This document shows, piece after piece, positions 52,511 to 62,920 of a stretch of 64,000 nt of DNA; positions within the stretch are counted from its first letter, which is position 1, and every line of letters begins with the position of its first letter. This DNA is from Desulfobacterales bacterium. Its GTDB lineage: Bacteria > Desulfobacterota > Desulfobacteria > Desulfobacterales > SpSt-501. The position numbers were made by a program, and so were the translations under genes. The notes beneath the pieces are model-generated. The model did no database searches and was not told the DNA's origin. It worked only from the letters and a program-made list of their open reading frames with translations. The stretch lies in the NCBI GenBank assembly GCA_037481615.1, contig JBBFLI010000014.1. The stretch is one strand, 5' to 3'.

Positions 52511-54280
52511 ATGCCCCCCCGCATCCGCCTCCTGCCCGCCGAGGTCGCCGCCCGCATCGCGGCCGGCGAGGCGATCGAGCGGCCGGCCGCGGCGGTGAAG
52601 GAGCTCGTCGAAAACGCGCTCGATGCGGGCGCCGCGCGGGTTGCGGTCGAGATCGAGGAGGGGGGGCTGTCCCTCATCCGGGTCGCCGACGACGGCTGCG
52701 GCATGGGCCGCGAGGATGCGCTGCTCGCCCTCGAGCGGCACGCGACGAGCAAGATCGAGAACGCCGAGGACCTCTTCCGCCTGCGCACCCTCGGCTTCCG
52801 CGGCGAGGCGCTCCCCAGCATCGCCGCCGTCTCGCGCCTGCGGATCGTCACCTGCGAGCAAGGCGCCGCCGAGGGGACCGCGATCGAGGTCGAGGGGGGG
52901 AAAGTGACCGGGGTCGCCGCGGCCGGGGCGCCGCCGGGAACACTGGTCGAGGTGCGCGATCTCTTCTTCAACACCCCGGCGCGGAGGAAGTTCATGAAAT
53001 CCCCCGCCGCCGAGGCGGCGCGGGCCGCCGAAGCGCTCGCCGCCCTCGCCCTCGGCCACCCCGGCGTGCACTTCGAGCTTTCCCACAACGGCAGGAGCCT
53101 GCGGCGCTACCCGGCCGCGACCGACCCGCTGGAGCGGGTGCTCGCCGTGACCGGGATCGAACGCGCCGCGGATCTCCTCCCCATCCGGGCCGCGGCCGAG
53201 GGCTTCACCCTTTCGGGCTGGGTCTCCCGGCCCGGTCTCGTCCGGCGCTCGCCCGAGGGGCTCTTTTTCCTCGTCGGCCGCCGCGCGGTGCGCGACCGCA
53301 TGCTCCAGCACGCCCTGCTGCAGGGCTACGCCGAGCGGCTCGTCCGGGGCGAGTACCCGCTCGCCGCCCTCTTCATCGAAGGCCCCGAGGGCGCGGTGGA
53401 CGTGAACGTCCACCCCGCGAAGAGCGAGGTGCGCTTCGCCCGGCCGGGGGTCGTCTTCGAGCTCACCCGTCGGGCGACCGCCCAGGCGCTCTACGAGGCG
53501 GGGCTTTCCGCGTGGTGGGGGGGGGCGGCTCCGCCGGAGGCGGCGGTGGAACTCGGCGAGCGGCAGGCGCCCTTAGCCGGCCCGGCGGCGAGGAGGCCGC
53601 TTCCGATCGCCTTCCCGGAGGATCGCGTCGCGCCCCCCGTTTTCCCGCCGCGGCCGGAGAGCGCCGCCACCCCGCCCGCCGGCGAGATCGAGGTCATCGA
53701 AAAGAGAGGCTTTTTTTCCCGGCTGCGCCCGCTCGGACAACTGGACGCAGCCTTCCTCGTCTGCGAGGGGGAGGAAGGGCTCGTCCTCGTCGACCAGCAC
53801 GCGGCCCACGAGCGCATCCTTTATGAGAAGCTTACAGAACCGGGGGGGGGGCGGCAGGCGCTCCTCATCCCGGAGACGGTCGAGCTGGGCGCCCGGGCGA
53901 TGGCGGCGATCCTCCCGCACCTGGAGGTGCTCCGGCAGGCGGGCTTCGAGCTCGAGCCCTTCGGGGCGGAGACGCTCAAGCTGACCGCCGTCCCTGCGGT
54001 CCTTGGCCGAGGCGCAGCCGGCCCCCTCCTCGCCGAGTTCGCCTCCGCCCTCGCCGCGGCGCAAGGGGCGGGGGCCCCCTTCGAGGCGAGGGAGCGCCTG
54101 CGGCGCCTTGCCGCCTGCCACGGGGCCGTGCGCGCGGGGCAGGCGCTTTCCCCCCCCGAGATGCAGGCGCTCCTTGCCGGACTCGACTCCTGCAGGAACC
54201 CCGGCACCTGCCCCCACGGCCGGCCGACCTTCCTCCTCTGGGGGAAGGGGATGATCGTGAAGGCCTTCAAGCGAAGCTAA
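52511..54280 (+). CDS. mutL: DNA mismatch repair protein MutL
   Basis: ATG 52511. IRLLPAEVAARIAAGEAIERPAAAVKELVENALDAGA...DDGCGM GHKL ATPase motifs. C-terminal dimerisation domain with QHAAHERILYE. Confidence 0.95.
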   Translation: MPPRIRLLPAEVAARIAAGEAIERPAAAVKELVENALDAGAARVAVEIEEGGLSLIRVADDGCGMGREDALLALERHATSKIENAEDLFRLRTLGFRGEALPSIAAVSRLRIVTCEQGAAEGTAIEVEGGKVTGVAAAGAPPGTLVEVRDLFFNTPARRKFMKSPAAEAARAAEALAALALGHPGVHFELSHNGRSLRRYPAATDPLERVLAVTGIERAADLLPIRAAAEGFTLSGWVSRPGLVRRSPEGLFFLVGRRAVRDRMLQHALLQGYAERLVRGEYPLAALFIEGPEGAVDVNVHPAKSEVRFARPGVVFELTRRATAQALYEAGLSAWWGGAAPPEAAVELGERQAPLAGPAARRPLPIAFPEDRVAPPVFPPRPESAATPPAGEIEVIEKRGFFSRLRPLGQLDAAFLVCEGEEGLVLVDQHAAHERILYEKLTEPGGGRQALLIPETVELGARAMAAILPHLEVLRQAGFELEPFGAETLKLTAVPAVLGRGAAGPLLAEFASALAAAQGAGAPFEARERLRRLAACHGAVRAGQALSPPEMQALLAGLDSCRNPGTCPHGRPTFLLWGKGMIVKAFKRS

Positions 54281-54314
54281 ATTTTCGGATTTGATCGAAA
54301 AAAAAAGAAAGCGC

Positions 54315-54343
54315 TTGACAGGGGGGGACCTCCGGAATAAGAT
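54315..54343 (+). promoter_or_regulatory. Candidate sigma70 promoter upstream of the porin gene
   Basis: TTGACA (54315-54320), 17-nt spacer, TAAGAT (54338-54343). Confidence 0.55.
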
Positions 54344-54502
54344 CCGCCCCGATTTCCGGCCGGAAGGGTGCGGGGGGGGTTTTTCAGGCTTCCCCCCCGG
54401 TTGACATCCCAGGGCCGCCCGCTCCGGGGTGAAGGAGGTGCAGGAAGAGTCGGGTTTTTCGGTATCGGTTTTCCCACAGCTCGTTCAAGGAGGATGGAAA
54501 CG

Positions 54503-55606
54503 ATGAAGAAACTGATTGCGGTTCTGGCAGTGCTCTTGCTGGCCGCGCCGGTGATGGCCCAGCAGTGGTCCTTCTACGGCAGCCAGCGCATGGCCACTTT
54601 CTACATCAATGACGACTTCGGCGACGCCAGGGTCGCAGGCGACGACTCCGACTGGGGGCTGCGCTGGGATTTCCAGGGCAACTCGCGGCTCGGCGCGCGC
54701 GTGAAGGCCGACCAGGTGAGCGGTTTGATCGAGCTCGCCCTGCGCGCTGCAGGCGGTGGTGACGGCGGCGACGAATCCGTCAACACCCGGCGCGCCGTCG
54801 GCTTCTGGAAGTTCTCCGACAACGCGACGCTCAAGGTCGGAAAGGACTACTCGCCGGTCACCCGCTTCATCTCCGGCCAGGTCTTCGATGCTGACAACGG
54901 TCTCCTCGGGAACGGCAACTTCTACGGCCGCCGCCCGGCGATGATCGGGCTCACCCTGGGCAACTTCGACATCGCCCTGCTCACGAACGCCCTTTATACG
55001 ACCGGCGGAATCGCCCCGGCGAACAGCGATCCGGACTGGAACCTGCCCAAGCTCGAGGCCTCCTACCTCATGAAGTTCGGGGCCTTCGACCTGCGCCCCT
55101 TCGGCGGTGTCCAGTACTTCAAGGTCGATCGCGGCACGAGCGCCCTGACCGACGACCTCGACATTTGGTCCTACGTCATCGGGATCGACAGCATGATCAA
55201 CATCGGCGCCTTCTGGATCGGCCCGCAGGTCGCCTACGGCCAGAACTGGGCGAACGCCGGCTGGGCGAACGGCCGCTGGGGCGCCACCTACGCCCGGGCC
55301 ACGCTCAAGGGCACCGACGACACCAACGACGCGAAGAGCCTCTCCGCAATGCTGGTCGCCGGCCTCAAGTTCACCGACACGCTGAAGTTCGAGGCGGGCG
55401 TCGGCTACCGGAACGATGACGCGGACGTCTCCGGCGTGGACGACGCGGAGGCCTGGGAAGCCTACATCCAGGCCGTGATCACCCTCGCCAAGGGCGTCTA
55501 CCTCATCCCCGAAATCGGCTACATCGATTTCGGTGACGACCCCGTGACGGGTGACGACACCGGCTACCGCTGGTATGCCGGCGCGAAGTGGCAGATCGAC
55601 TTCTGA
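54503..55606 (+). CDS. Outer-membrane porin (beta-barrel)
   Basis: ATG 54503, 9 nt after AAGGAGG (the track start 54494 is too close to the SD). MKKLIAVLAVLLLAAPVMAQ signal. Alternating strands. C-terminal YAGAKWQIDF. Confidence 0.75.
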   Translation: MKKLIAVLAVLLLAAPVMAQQWSFYGSQRMATFYINDDFGDARVAGDDSDWGLRWDFQGNSRLGARVKADQVSGLIELALRAAGGGDGGDESVNTRRAVGFWKFSDNATLKVGKDYSPVTRFISGQVFDADNGLLGNGNFYGRRPAMIGLTLGNFDIALLTNALYTTGGIAPANSDPDWNLPKLEASYLMKFGAFDLRPFGGVQYFKVDRGTSALTDDLDIWSYVIGIDSMINIGAFWIGPQVAYGQNWANAGWANGRWGATYARATLKGTDDTNDAKSLSAMLVAGLKFTDTLKFEAGVGYRNDDADVSGVDDAEAWEAYIQAVITLAKGVYLIPEIGYIDFGDDPVTGDDTGYRWYAGAKWQIDF

Positions 55607-55643
55607 TCGCGCCCGCTTCTTCCCCACCCGCTTTTCCTGCACG

Positions 55644-55675
55644 AAAAAACCCGGGGCTTCGGCCCCGGGTTTTTT
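55644..55675 (+). terminator. Intrinsic terminator after the porin (A-tract/T-tract, potentially bidirectional)
   Basis: aaaaaa-cccggggc ttcg gccccggg-tttttt. Confidence 0.85.
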
Positions 55676-55926
55676 CTTTCTTGAAGTTCCCGGCTTGAGC
55701 TGAAAGACGAGAGTCCCCTCTCGGCCTTGGTCACCCGGGCAGGCATGGGGCGAGCGGGGGGCGGTCGCCTCGGATCCCCGTCCGCCGGGGGTCGCCGCGG
55801 AGTTGGCGGCCTGCCCCCGGTACGGCGGCGGGTCAAGGGGAATCGTCGTCGCGGTTCCTCAGGGGGCGACCCAACCCCCCCGCGGCTCCCTTTCCCGCTC
55901 GGCGATCCCGCCTCTCGGTGGGGGGG

Positions 55927-57573
55927 CTACTTGAACTCGAGGGCGATCACCACACTCTTGGGGTCGGTCCCGATGACGTGGCCCTCGTCGAGGACGACCG
56001 CGGCGACGAGGGAGCGGCGGCCGTCGTTTGCGAAGTCGCCCACGGCGAAGTCGCGGATCGCACCGGTGATCTTCCTCGTCCGCCACTCCGGGGCGAGCCC
56101 CAGCCCGTCCCAGAAGAAAGAAAAGATCTGGCTCTCCTGGAGGAAGCGCATGCGCTCGAGGCGGCGTCCCGCCCAGTCGTGGTTGCGGACGACGAGGAGG
56201 CGGCCCTTGCCCTCCCCCCCCGGCTCCCAGGGAAGCATCCGCATGGGGAGATAGATCGGGTTGACGACGTCGCCCTGGTCGGCGCGCTCGGCTGCGAAAT
56301 AGAGCGTGCTCCCGCCGTATTTTTCCGAACTTCGCCACTCTTGTGCGCCGCCGGGCTCGAAGACGCGGATGAAATCGTCGCGGTCGAAGGCGACGGTCGA
56401 CTCCTTGCGGTTCTCGCCCAGCCGGGCGAAGGCGAGCCCCAGGACATTCAGGGCGACCGGCACCGAAACCGGCGCTTCCGCCTCGTAGCGGCCGTTTCTC
56501 CAGACCATTTCGTGGATGCGGTTCGAATGCGGGCTGCCCGGGCGGTGCTCCTGGCCGAGCAGCACCGCCCCGCGGTCCGGCGTCCGGCATACCCGGAAGT
56601 AGAGCGGGAGGCCTTCGGCGACGCGGCGGAAAGCCTTGCCGTCGTGCTCGAGGATGTAGGAGGAGACGCCGCGCCGCGTCGGGGTGAGGGCGGTGACGAA
56701 GATTTCGGGGCGGCCGTTCCCGTTGATGTCGGCCACATCGACGGCGACGGGGATGCCCCGGTTTTCGTTTCGCAAGTCGTGCACCTGGTAGAAGCGGCCC
56801 TGCTCCATGCGGTGGACGATCAGCCCTTCCTGGGTGGCGATCACGGTCTCGGTCTTCCCGTCCCCGTCCACGTCCCCGAGGGCAAGCCCGTTGAAGAGCT
56901 GCTTGAAGGAGGCGCTCCTCCAGAACTTGGGGGAAAGCTCGATCCCCCCGCCCCCCTCCTCGGAGACGAAGGGCGAGGGGCGATCTTCGGGGGCAAGACC
57001 CCCCTGGCTGCGGAAGAGCTTCTCGGGGTGGGCCTGGGGGTCGGCCGCGGGCGGGGCGGCGGCCTGCGGGGCGGCGGGGGCGGGGGTTGCCTCGGCCTGT
57101 GCGGCGGCCGGCTTGCCGAGGAGCGCCGCCTGCATCTCGCCCGCCAGTCGGTTGACCCGCGAGATGATCCCCCCGGGGTCCGGGCTCTGCTCGGAGAAGG
57201 AAAGCGCAGGCCGTGCGCCCGCGGCGTCGACCGCCTTCGCATCGAGGCTCACCCCTTCGCCCAGCACGGTCAGGCTGCCGAAAACGAGAAAGTCCACCCC
57301 CAGGGCGCGCGCGGCCTCGGCGGCGCGCGCCTCGGCAAAACCGCCGGGAAGGGCGGCCAGCCCCCGTTCGACCGCCGCCCGGGGCTTCACTTCGAGCTCG
57401 CCCGGCCGGTTCAACCGCGTGCTCAGCATGTCGTAGATCCCGTCCGCCATGAAGCGCACATCGCGGTCGGCGTGGACCCGGAAGGGGACGATGGCGAGCG
57501 TTTTGGCAAGGAGCGCGGCCGGGAAGAGGGCGAAAACCAGGGCCGCGGTGAAGGCGATACGGATCTTTCTCAT
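55927..57573 (-). CDS. Secreted FG-GAP/VCBS-repeat protein with TolB/LpoB-like N-terminal domain
   Basis: 548 aa. Signal peptide. LAIVPFRVHADRD...FLVFGSLTVLGEGVSLDAKAV. Repeats GDVDGDGKTE, VADINGNGRPE and VGDFANDGR. Confidence 0.7.
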   Translation of the reverse strand: MRKIRIAFTAALVFALFPAALLAKTLAIVPFRVHADRDVRFMADGIYDMLSTRLNRPGELEVKPRAAVERGLAALPGGFAEARAAEAARALGVDFLVFGSLTVLGEGVSLDAKAVDAAGARPALSFSEQSPDPGGIISRVNRLAGEMQAALLGKPAAAQAEATPAPAAPQAAAPPAADPQAHPEKLFRSQGGLAPEDRPSPFVSEEGGGGIELSPKFWRSASFKQLFNGLALGDVDGDGKTETVIATQEGLIVHRMEQGRFYQVHDLRNENRGIPVAVDVADINGNGRPEIFVTALTPTRRGVSSYILEHDGKAFRRVAEGLPLYFRVCRTPDRGAVLLGQEHRPGSPHSNRIHEMVWRNGRYEAEAPVSVPVALNVLGLAFARLGENRKESTVAFDRDDFIRVFEPGGAQEWRSSEKYGGSTLYFAAERADQGDVVNPIYLPMRMLPWEPGGEGKGRLLVVRNHDWAGRRLERMRFLQESQIFSFFWDGLGLAPEWRTRKITGAIRDFAVGDFANDGRRSLVAAVVLDEGHVIGTDPKSVVIALEFK

Positions 57574-57631
57574 GAATGGGACTCCTCGGATATGCCGGCA
57601 CCGGCGGCGGAAATCCCCGGCGCCTCGGGTT

Positions 57632-59062
57632 TCAGGCCTTCAAGAGCCGCTCGAGAAGAGCGTTCACGGTTTTGGGGTTCGCCCGGCCGCGGGTCTCCCT
57701 CATCACCTCGCCCACGAAGAAGCCGATCAGCTTCTTCTTCCCCGATCTGTAGGATGCGACCTCCGCGGGGTGCCGGGCGAGAACCTCGCGGGCGATCTTT
57801 TCGAGTTCGGCCTCGCCGCTGATCTGGGAGAGGCCTCTCGCGGCGACGATCGCCTCGGGGGCGGCGCCGCTTGCGGCCATCTCGGAGAAGACCTCTTTTG
57901 CGCTCTTCGCGCTGATCGTCCCCTCTTCGACGAGGTGAAGCAGCCTTGCGAGCGCATCGGGGGCGACCGGGGCGGCCGCGGCCTCGAGGCCGCGCTCGTT
58001 CAGAAGCGCGAGCAGCGGCCCCATCACCCAGTTGGCCACGGTCTTGGCCTGCGGAAAACGGGAAAGGGCGGCCTCGAAGTAGTCGGCCAGGGAACGCTCC
58101 GAGGTGAGCACCCCCGCATCGTAGGGGGAGAGGCCCAAGGTCTCCACGAACCGCCGCCGCCGGGCGTCGGGGAGCTCGGGCAGGCCCCGCCGCACGGCCT
58201 CGATCCAGGCCTCCTCGATCGAAAGCGGGGGAAGATCCGGGTCGGGGAAGTAGCGGTAGTCGTGCGCCTCCTCTTTCCCGCGCATGGAGACGGTCCGGTC
58301 GCGGTCGGGGTCGTAGAGGCGGGTCTCCTGCACCACCGCGCCGCCCTCGAGCAGGACCTCCCGCTGGCGCTCGATTTCGCGCTCGATCGCGCGCTCGACG
58401 AAGCGGAAGGAATTCAGGTTCTTGAGCTCGGTCCGGGTCCCGAGGACGGGGCTTCCCGGCGGCTTGAGGGAGACGTTCGCATCGCAGCGGAAGCTTCCCT
58501 CCTCGAGGTTCCCGTCGCAGATCTCGAGCCAGCGGACGAGCGCCCGCAGCGCCCGCAGGTAGGCCCCGGCCGCGGCGGCGGAGTCGAGGTCGGGCTCGCT
58601 CACGATCTCGACCAGGGGGACGCCGGCGCGGTTGAAATCGACCCGGCTTCGGCCCAGGCGTGGGTCGTGGACGAGTTTCCCCGCGTCCTCCTCCATGTGG
58701 ATTCTGCGGATGCGCACGGTCTTTACGCCGTCCCCGGTTCCGATTTCGAGCCGGCCGTGTTCGGCGACGGGAAGCTCGTACTGCGAGATCTGGTAGCCCT
58801 TGGGGAGGTCCGGGTAGAAGTAGTTCTTGCGCGCGAACCGGCTCTCGCGGGCGATTTCGCAGGAGAGGGAGAGCGCCAGGCGCAGCGCGTACTCCACGAC
58901 CGCGCGGTTCAGGACCGGGAGCACGCCGGGGAGCCCCAGGCACACCGGGCAGACCTGGGTGTTCGGCGCGGCGCCGAAGGCGGTCGAGCAGGGGCAGAAG
59001 ATCTTGGTTTTCGTCTTGAGCTGGGCGTGAACTTCCAGCCCGATCACGGGCTCGAATTCCAT
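57632..59062 (-). CDS. gatB: Asp/Glu-tRNA amidotransferase subunit B
   Basis: ATG 59062 within track ORF 57632..60307. [52 protein letters not shown] is a canonical GatB. Confidence 0.95.
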   Translation of the reverse strand: MEFEPVIGLEVHAQLKTKTKIFCPCSTAFGAAPNTQVCPVCLGLPGVLPVLNRAVVEYALRLALSLSCEIARESRFARKNYFYPDLPKGYQISQYELPVAEHGRLEIGTGDGVKTVRIRRIHMEEDAGKLVHDPRLGRSRVDFNRAGVPLVEIVSEPDLDSAAAAGAYLRALRALVRWLEICDGNLEEGSFRCDANVSLKPPGSPVLGTRTELKNLNSFRFVERAIEREIERQREVLLEGGAVVQETRLYDPDRDRTVSMRGKEEAHDYRYFPDPDLPPLSIEEAWIEAVRRGLPELPDARRRRFVETLGLSPYDAGVLTSERSLADYFEAALSRFPQAKTVANWVMGPLLALLNERGLEAAAAPVAPDALARLLHLVEEGTISAKSAKEVFSEMAASGAAPEAIVAARGLSQISGEAELEKIAREVLARHPAEVASYRSGKKKLIGFFVGEVMRETRGRANPKTVNALLERLLKA

Positions 59063-59127
59063 GGTCTCTCCCTCACGGGCCGGGGGTCGGACCCGGCGGG
59101 CCATTGTCGCGGAGAGCGCAGGCCGAG

Positions 59128-60123
59128 TCAAGGGAGCCCCTCCGCCTCGACCGCGAAGGGCTCGCAGGGCTCCGCGGGGGCGTACCAGCGGAAGAAATGG
59201 TTCATGATGAACTTGACCGTCGCCTTGTCGACGTGGAAGTTCTCGCGGCCGCCGGCGAACCAGGTCTTCCCCAGGATCGGCCGGTAGAGGGTCGCCATCT
59301 CGAAGGCCGGGAAGTAGAAGGCGTTTTCGTGGCGGCAGACGAACTCGTCGGCTGCGGCGCGGAGCGTGCTCTTCGAGTTGCAGCTGGCGCTCAGGACGTC
59401 GGCGTCGCGGCGGAAGGTCGCCCAGAGGTGGACCGGGGAGACGGTGACGAGGATGCGGCAGCCCGGGTTGTGGGCGGCGAGGAGGGCGTGGATGCGTTCC
59501 AGGTTTTCGAGGTTTTCCGCGACCCGGCTGACCGTGAATTCGTAGCGCGCGAGGTCCCCGCCCTCGTTCACGTAGGGCCCGCCGGGGAGACTGATCACCG
59601 AGCCGTCCTCGCGGTCGCGCCAGATCTCGGTCAGCCCCAGGGTGAGGATCAGCAGCTCGGCCGAGGCGAGCGCGCGGCGCGAGTGCTCGCGGTGGCGCGC
59701 GAAATCGGCCTCGGCCTCCGCGAGCGAGTCGTAGAGCACGGCGCGGCGGAAGGGGTCCTGGATGCGCCCCGAGACCGGCGCCTGCCACCAGCGCCGCGCG
59801 GGGCGCCACTCGCCGAAGCTGTACTCGACGATCTGGCGCATGCAGAAGGTGTTGTAGACCCGCTCCCAGGCCGCGCTCGCGTGCACCGCGGCCGGGTGGT
59901 GGGCCTCCTCCTGGATGTAGGCGAATCCCCGCTGCAGCAGCCGTCGCTTGATCTCCCGCGCAAAGCAGCTGCCCATGGAGGCGATCCGGGTCTTCCGGGT
60001 GATCGTGAAGCCGAGATCGGCGGGGCGGGGGAAGTTTCCGTCGGCGGGCGGGTTGTCGTAGGAGCCCGGCCAGACCTGCCAGGGCTCGAAGCGGTGCACG
60101 GGGTGGACTTCGGAGCGGGCCAT
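59128..60123 (-). CDS. GSCFA-family protein
   Basis: 331 aa containing the eponymous [12 protein letters not shown] motif and an SGNH-like layout. Confidence 0.8.
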   Translation of the reverse strand: MARSEVHPVHRFEPWQVWPGSYDNPPADGNFPRPADLGFTITRKTRIASMGSCFAREIKRRLLQRGFAYIQEEAHHPAAVHASAAWERVYNTFCMRQIVEYSFGEWRPARRWWQAPVSGRIQDPFRRAVLYDSLAEAEADFARHREHSRRALASAELLILTLGLTEIWRDREDGSVISLPGGPYVNEGGDLARYEFTVSRVAENLENLERIHALLAAHNPGCRILVTVSPVHLWATFRRDADVLSASCNSKSTLRAAADEFVCRHENAFYFPAFEMATLYRPILGKTWFAGGRENFHVDKATVKFIMNHFFRWYAPAEPCEPFAVEAEGLP

Positions 60124-60229
60124 GGATCCCTCTTTCGGATGCGGAAGATCGTCTCCCCGGCGGGCGTTGCGCGCCGGCCGCGAAAGCCGCCATTATACCA
60201 GAGGCGGAAGCGCGGGGAAAGCCTGCGAA

Positions 60230-60259
60230 TTGACAAGATCCCGCGAATTTCACTATAAA
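60230..60259 (+). promoter_or_regulatory. Candidate sigma70 promoter of the glycosyltransferase pair
   Basis: TTGACA (60230-60235), 18-nt spacer, TATAAA (60254-60259). GCGAATT direct repeat at 60225 and 60243. Confidence 0.5.
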
Positions 60260-60296
60260 ACCCCATTTTCCGGCGGCGGCCGCGCCCGGAGACCCG

Positions 60297-61496
60297 ATGG
60301 CCCGCAACGCGACCTACAACATCCTCATGTACTCGCACGACACCTACGGGCTGGGCCATATCCGCCGGAGCCTGGCGATCGCCGCGCACCTGCTCGCCCC
60401 GCGGCTGAACATCCTGATCCTCACCGGCTCGCCGATCGCCGGCCGCTTCAGCTTCCCCGAGCAGATCGACTTCGTGCGCATCCCCGGCATGATCAAGCGC
60501 ACGAACGAGGAGTACCTGCCGCTTTCGATCAAGATCACCCCGCGGCACGCCCTCGACATCCGCAAGAGCATCATCACCGCCACGGTGAAGAGCTTTCAGC
60601 CCCAGCTCTTCATCGTGGACAAGGAGCCTCTCGGGCTCAAGCGGGAGGTGCTCCCCGCCCTGCAGTGGCTCCGGCGCTCGCGGCCGAAGACGCGCACCGT
60701 GCTCGGCCTGCGCGACATCATGGACGACGCCGCGACGACGCAGCGCGAGTGGCGCGAGAAAGGGGCCTACGCGGCGCTCGAGGAGCTCTACAGCGAGATC
60801 TGGGTCTACGGCGAGCGGGATCTCTACGACCCGATCCGGGAGTACGCCATCCCCGAGGGCCTCGCCGCCCGCTTCCGCTTCACCGGCTACATCCCGCGGA
60901 AAGTCCCCACGGCCGAGGCCGTGCAGGGGCTGCGGCGCGAGCACGGGATCGGGGAGGAGGAGCGCCTGGTCGTCGTGACCACCGGGGGGGGCGGCGACGG
61001 CTTCCCGGTGATGGACGCCTACCTCTCCATGCTCGAGGCGCAGAACGGGGCGATCCCTTTCCGCAGCATCCTGATCACGGGCCCCTTCATGCCCCGCTCC
61101 GAGCGCAAGGGGGTCGCCCGGCGCGCACGCAAGGTGGGGGCGCGCATGTACCACTTCTTCCGGCGCATGGAGACCCTCTTCGCCGCCGCCGACCTCGTCG
61201 TCTGCATGGGGGGCTACAACACCCTCTGCGAGCTGCTGAGCGTGGGCACGCCCGCTCTCGTCGTGCCGCGGGAGACCCCGCGCCGCGAGCAGGCGCTGCG
61301 GGCGCAGGCCTTCCAGGCGCGCGGCCTGATCGAGCTCCTCCCTTGGGAAGAGCTGTCGCCGGAGAGCTTAGGCGAGCGGGTCCAGAGGGTGCTTGCGGAC
61401 CCCGCCCCCTTCCGCGAGGCGATCGCCCGTTTTCCCATGACCGGGATCGAGGTCATGCGGGAGCGGTTGCGGGAGTTCCGGGGGCTTGCGGCCTGA
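60297..61496 (+). CDS. GT-B glycosyltransferase (MurG/GT28-like C-terminal half, COG4671-like)
   Basis: 399 aa. N-terminal [22 protein letters not shown]-terminal ...[27 protein letters not shown]. Confidence 0.75.
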   Translation: MARNATYNILMYSHDTYGLGHIRRSLAIAAHLLAPRLNILILTGSPIAGRFSFPEQIDFVRIPGMIKRTNEEYLPLSIKITPRHALDIRKSIITATVKSFQPQLFIVDKEPLGLKREVLPALQWLRRSRPKTRTVLGLRDIMDDAATTQREWREKGAYAALEELYSEIWVYGERDLYDPIREYAIPEGLAARFRFTGYIPRKVPTAEAVQGLRREHGIGEEERLVVVTTGGGGDGFPVMDAYLSMLEAQNGAIPFRSILITGPFMPRSERKGVARRARKVGARMYHFFRRMETLFAAADLVVCMGGYNTLCELLSVGTPALVVPRETPRREQALRAQAFQARGLIELLPWEELSPESLGERVQRVLADPAPFREAIARFPMTGIEVMRERLREFRGLAA

Positions 61497-61497
61497 A

Positions 61498-62781
61498 ATG
61501 CCCGAGGTGAACGACCGCCCGCCGGTCCTCGGCATGATCCTCAAGGGCTACCCCCGGATCTCCGAGACTTTCATCGCCCACGAAATCCGCCTCCTCGAGG
61601 AGGCCGGGCTCGCGATCCGCATCCTCTCCATGCGCCCCGGCCGCGAGGCGATCACCCACCCGGTGGTCCGGGCGATCCGCGCGCGCGTGGATTACCTGCC
61701 CGAGACCTTTTGGAAAAACGCTCCCCGGCTGCTTTACCGCAACAGCCTTCTTTGCCTCCGCCGCCCGCGGCGCTACGCGGCGGGACTGAAGCTCGCCCTG
61801 CGGCGGCTCGGGCGCAGCGGGAACCCCGCGAGCCTGAGGCACTTCCTGCAGGCGGGCTGGCTGGTCGAGAAGCTGCTTGCCGGCAGCGGGATCGCCCACT
61901 TCCACGCCCATTTCGCGCACTCGCCGGCCTCGGTGGCGCTCTACGCCTCGGCGCTCTCGGGCCTGCCCTTCAGCTTCACGGCGCATGCGAAGGACATCTA
62001 CACGACGGACCCCGCGCAGTTGCGGGAGAAGATCGCCCGGGCGAGTTTCGTCGTCACCTGCACCCGCTACAACGCGCGCCACCTCGGGCGTATCGCCGGC
62101 GGGCTTTCGACGCCGATCCATTGTTTCTACCACGGGATCGACACGCGCTTTTTCGATTCCGGCCCGGAGCTGCGCTTCACGGCCCGCCCCCCGTATCGGA
62201 TCCTCACCGTGGCGCGGCTGATCGCGAAGAAAGGGATCCCCACGATCCTGCGCGCGCTCGCCCGGTTGAAGAGCGAGGGCTTGCCCTTCGACTACACGCT
62301 GGTCGGCGAGGGGCCGGAGCGGGAAAAGGTGGAGGGTCTCGTGCGCGGGCTGGGCCTCGGGGGGGGCTGCCGGCTTGCCGGGACGCTCGCCCACGAGGCC
62401 GTGCGCGAGGAGTACCGCCGCGCCGACCTCTTCGTCCTGGCGAGCGAGGTCGCCGCCGACGGCGACCGCGACGGGATCCCCAACGTGCTCGTCGAGGCGA
62501 TGAGCATGGGGGTCCCGGTGGCGGCGACCCGCGTTTCGGCGATCCCCGAGCTCGTGGCGGACGAGGAGACGGGGCTGCTCGTTTCCCCCGGGGATGAGGA
62601 GGCGCTCGCCGCCGCCATGCGCCGCCTGCTGGTCGACAGGGAGCTCAGGCGGCGGGTTCTCCCCGCGGCGCGCGCGAGGGTGCGCGCGGAGTTCGACAAC
62701 CGCCGTCTTGCCGGGGAGCTCGCCCTCCTGCACCGGCAGGCCCTGGAGCAGGCCTCCCGCGGCGGGCCGGGAGGGGACTGA
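61498..62781 (+). CDS. GT4-family glycosyltransferase
   Basis: ATG 61498, 1 nt after the previous stop. ...RLIAKKGI..., DGIPNVLVEAMSMGVPVAATRVSAIPELV (E-x7-E region). Confidence 0.85.
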   Translation: MPEVNDRPPVLGMILKGYPRISETFIAHEIRLLEEAGLAIRILSMRPGREAITHPVVRAIRARVDYLPETFWKNAPRLLYRNSLLCLRRPRRYAAGLKLALRRLGRSGNPASLRHFLQAGWLVEKLLAGSGIAHFHAHFAHSPASVALYASALSGLPFSFTAHAKDIYTTDPAQLREKIARASFVVTCTRYNARHLGRIAGGLSTPIHCFYHGIDTRFFDSGPELRFTARPPYRILTVARLIAKKGIPTILRALARLKSEGLPFDYTLVGEGPEREKVEGLVRGLGLGGGCRLAGTLAHEAVREEYRRADLFVLASEVAADGDRDGIPNVLVEAMSMGVPVAATRVSAIPELVADEETGLLVSPGDEEALAAAMRRLLVDRELRRRVLPAARARVRAEFDNRRLAGELALLHRQALEQASRGGPGGD

Positions 62782-62920
62782 GCGCGGCGTTCCCCGCACG
62801 CCCGACCCGCCTCCGGATCCCCCGAGCACGGGTTCTTTCTCCCCCCGGGTTCGTGGAACCCCGCGCGGGTCGATCCGGCCCGTCGGATTCCCTCCCCCAC
62901 GCCCTTCCCACCGCTTCGGC

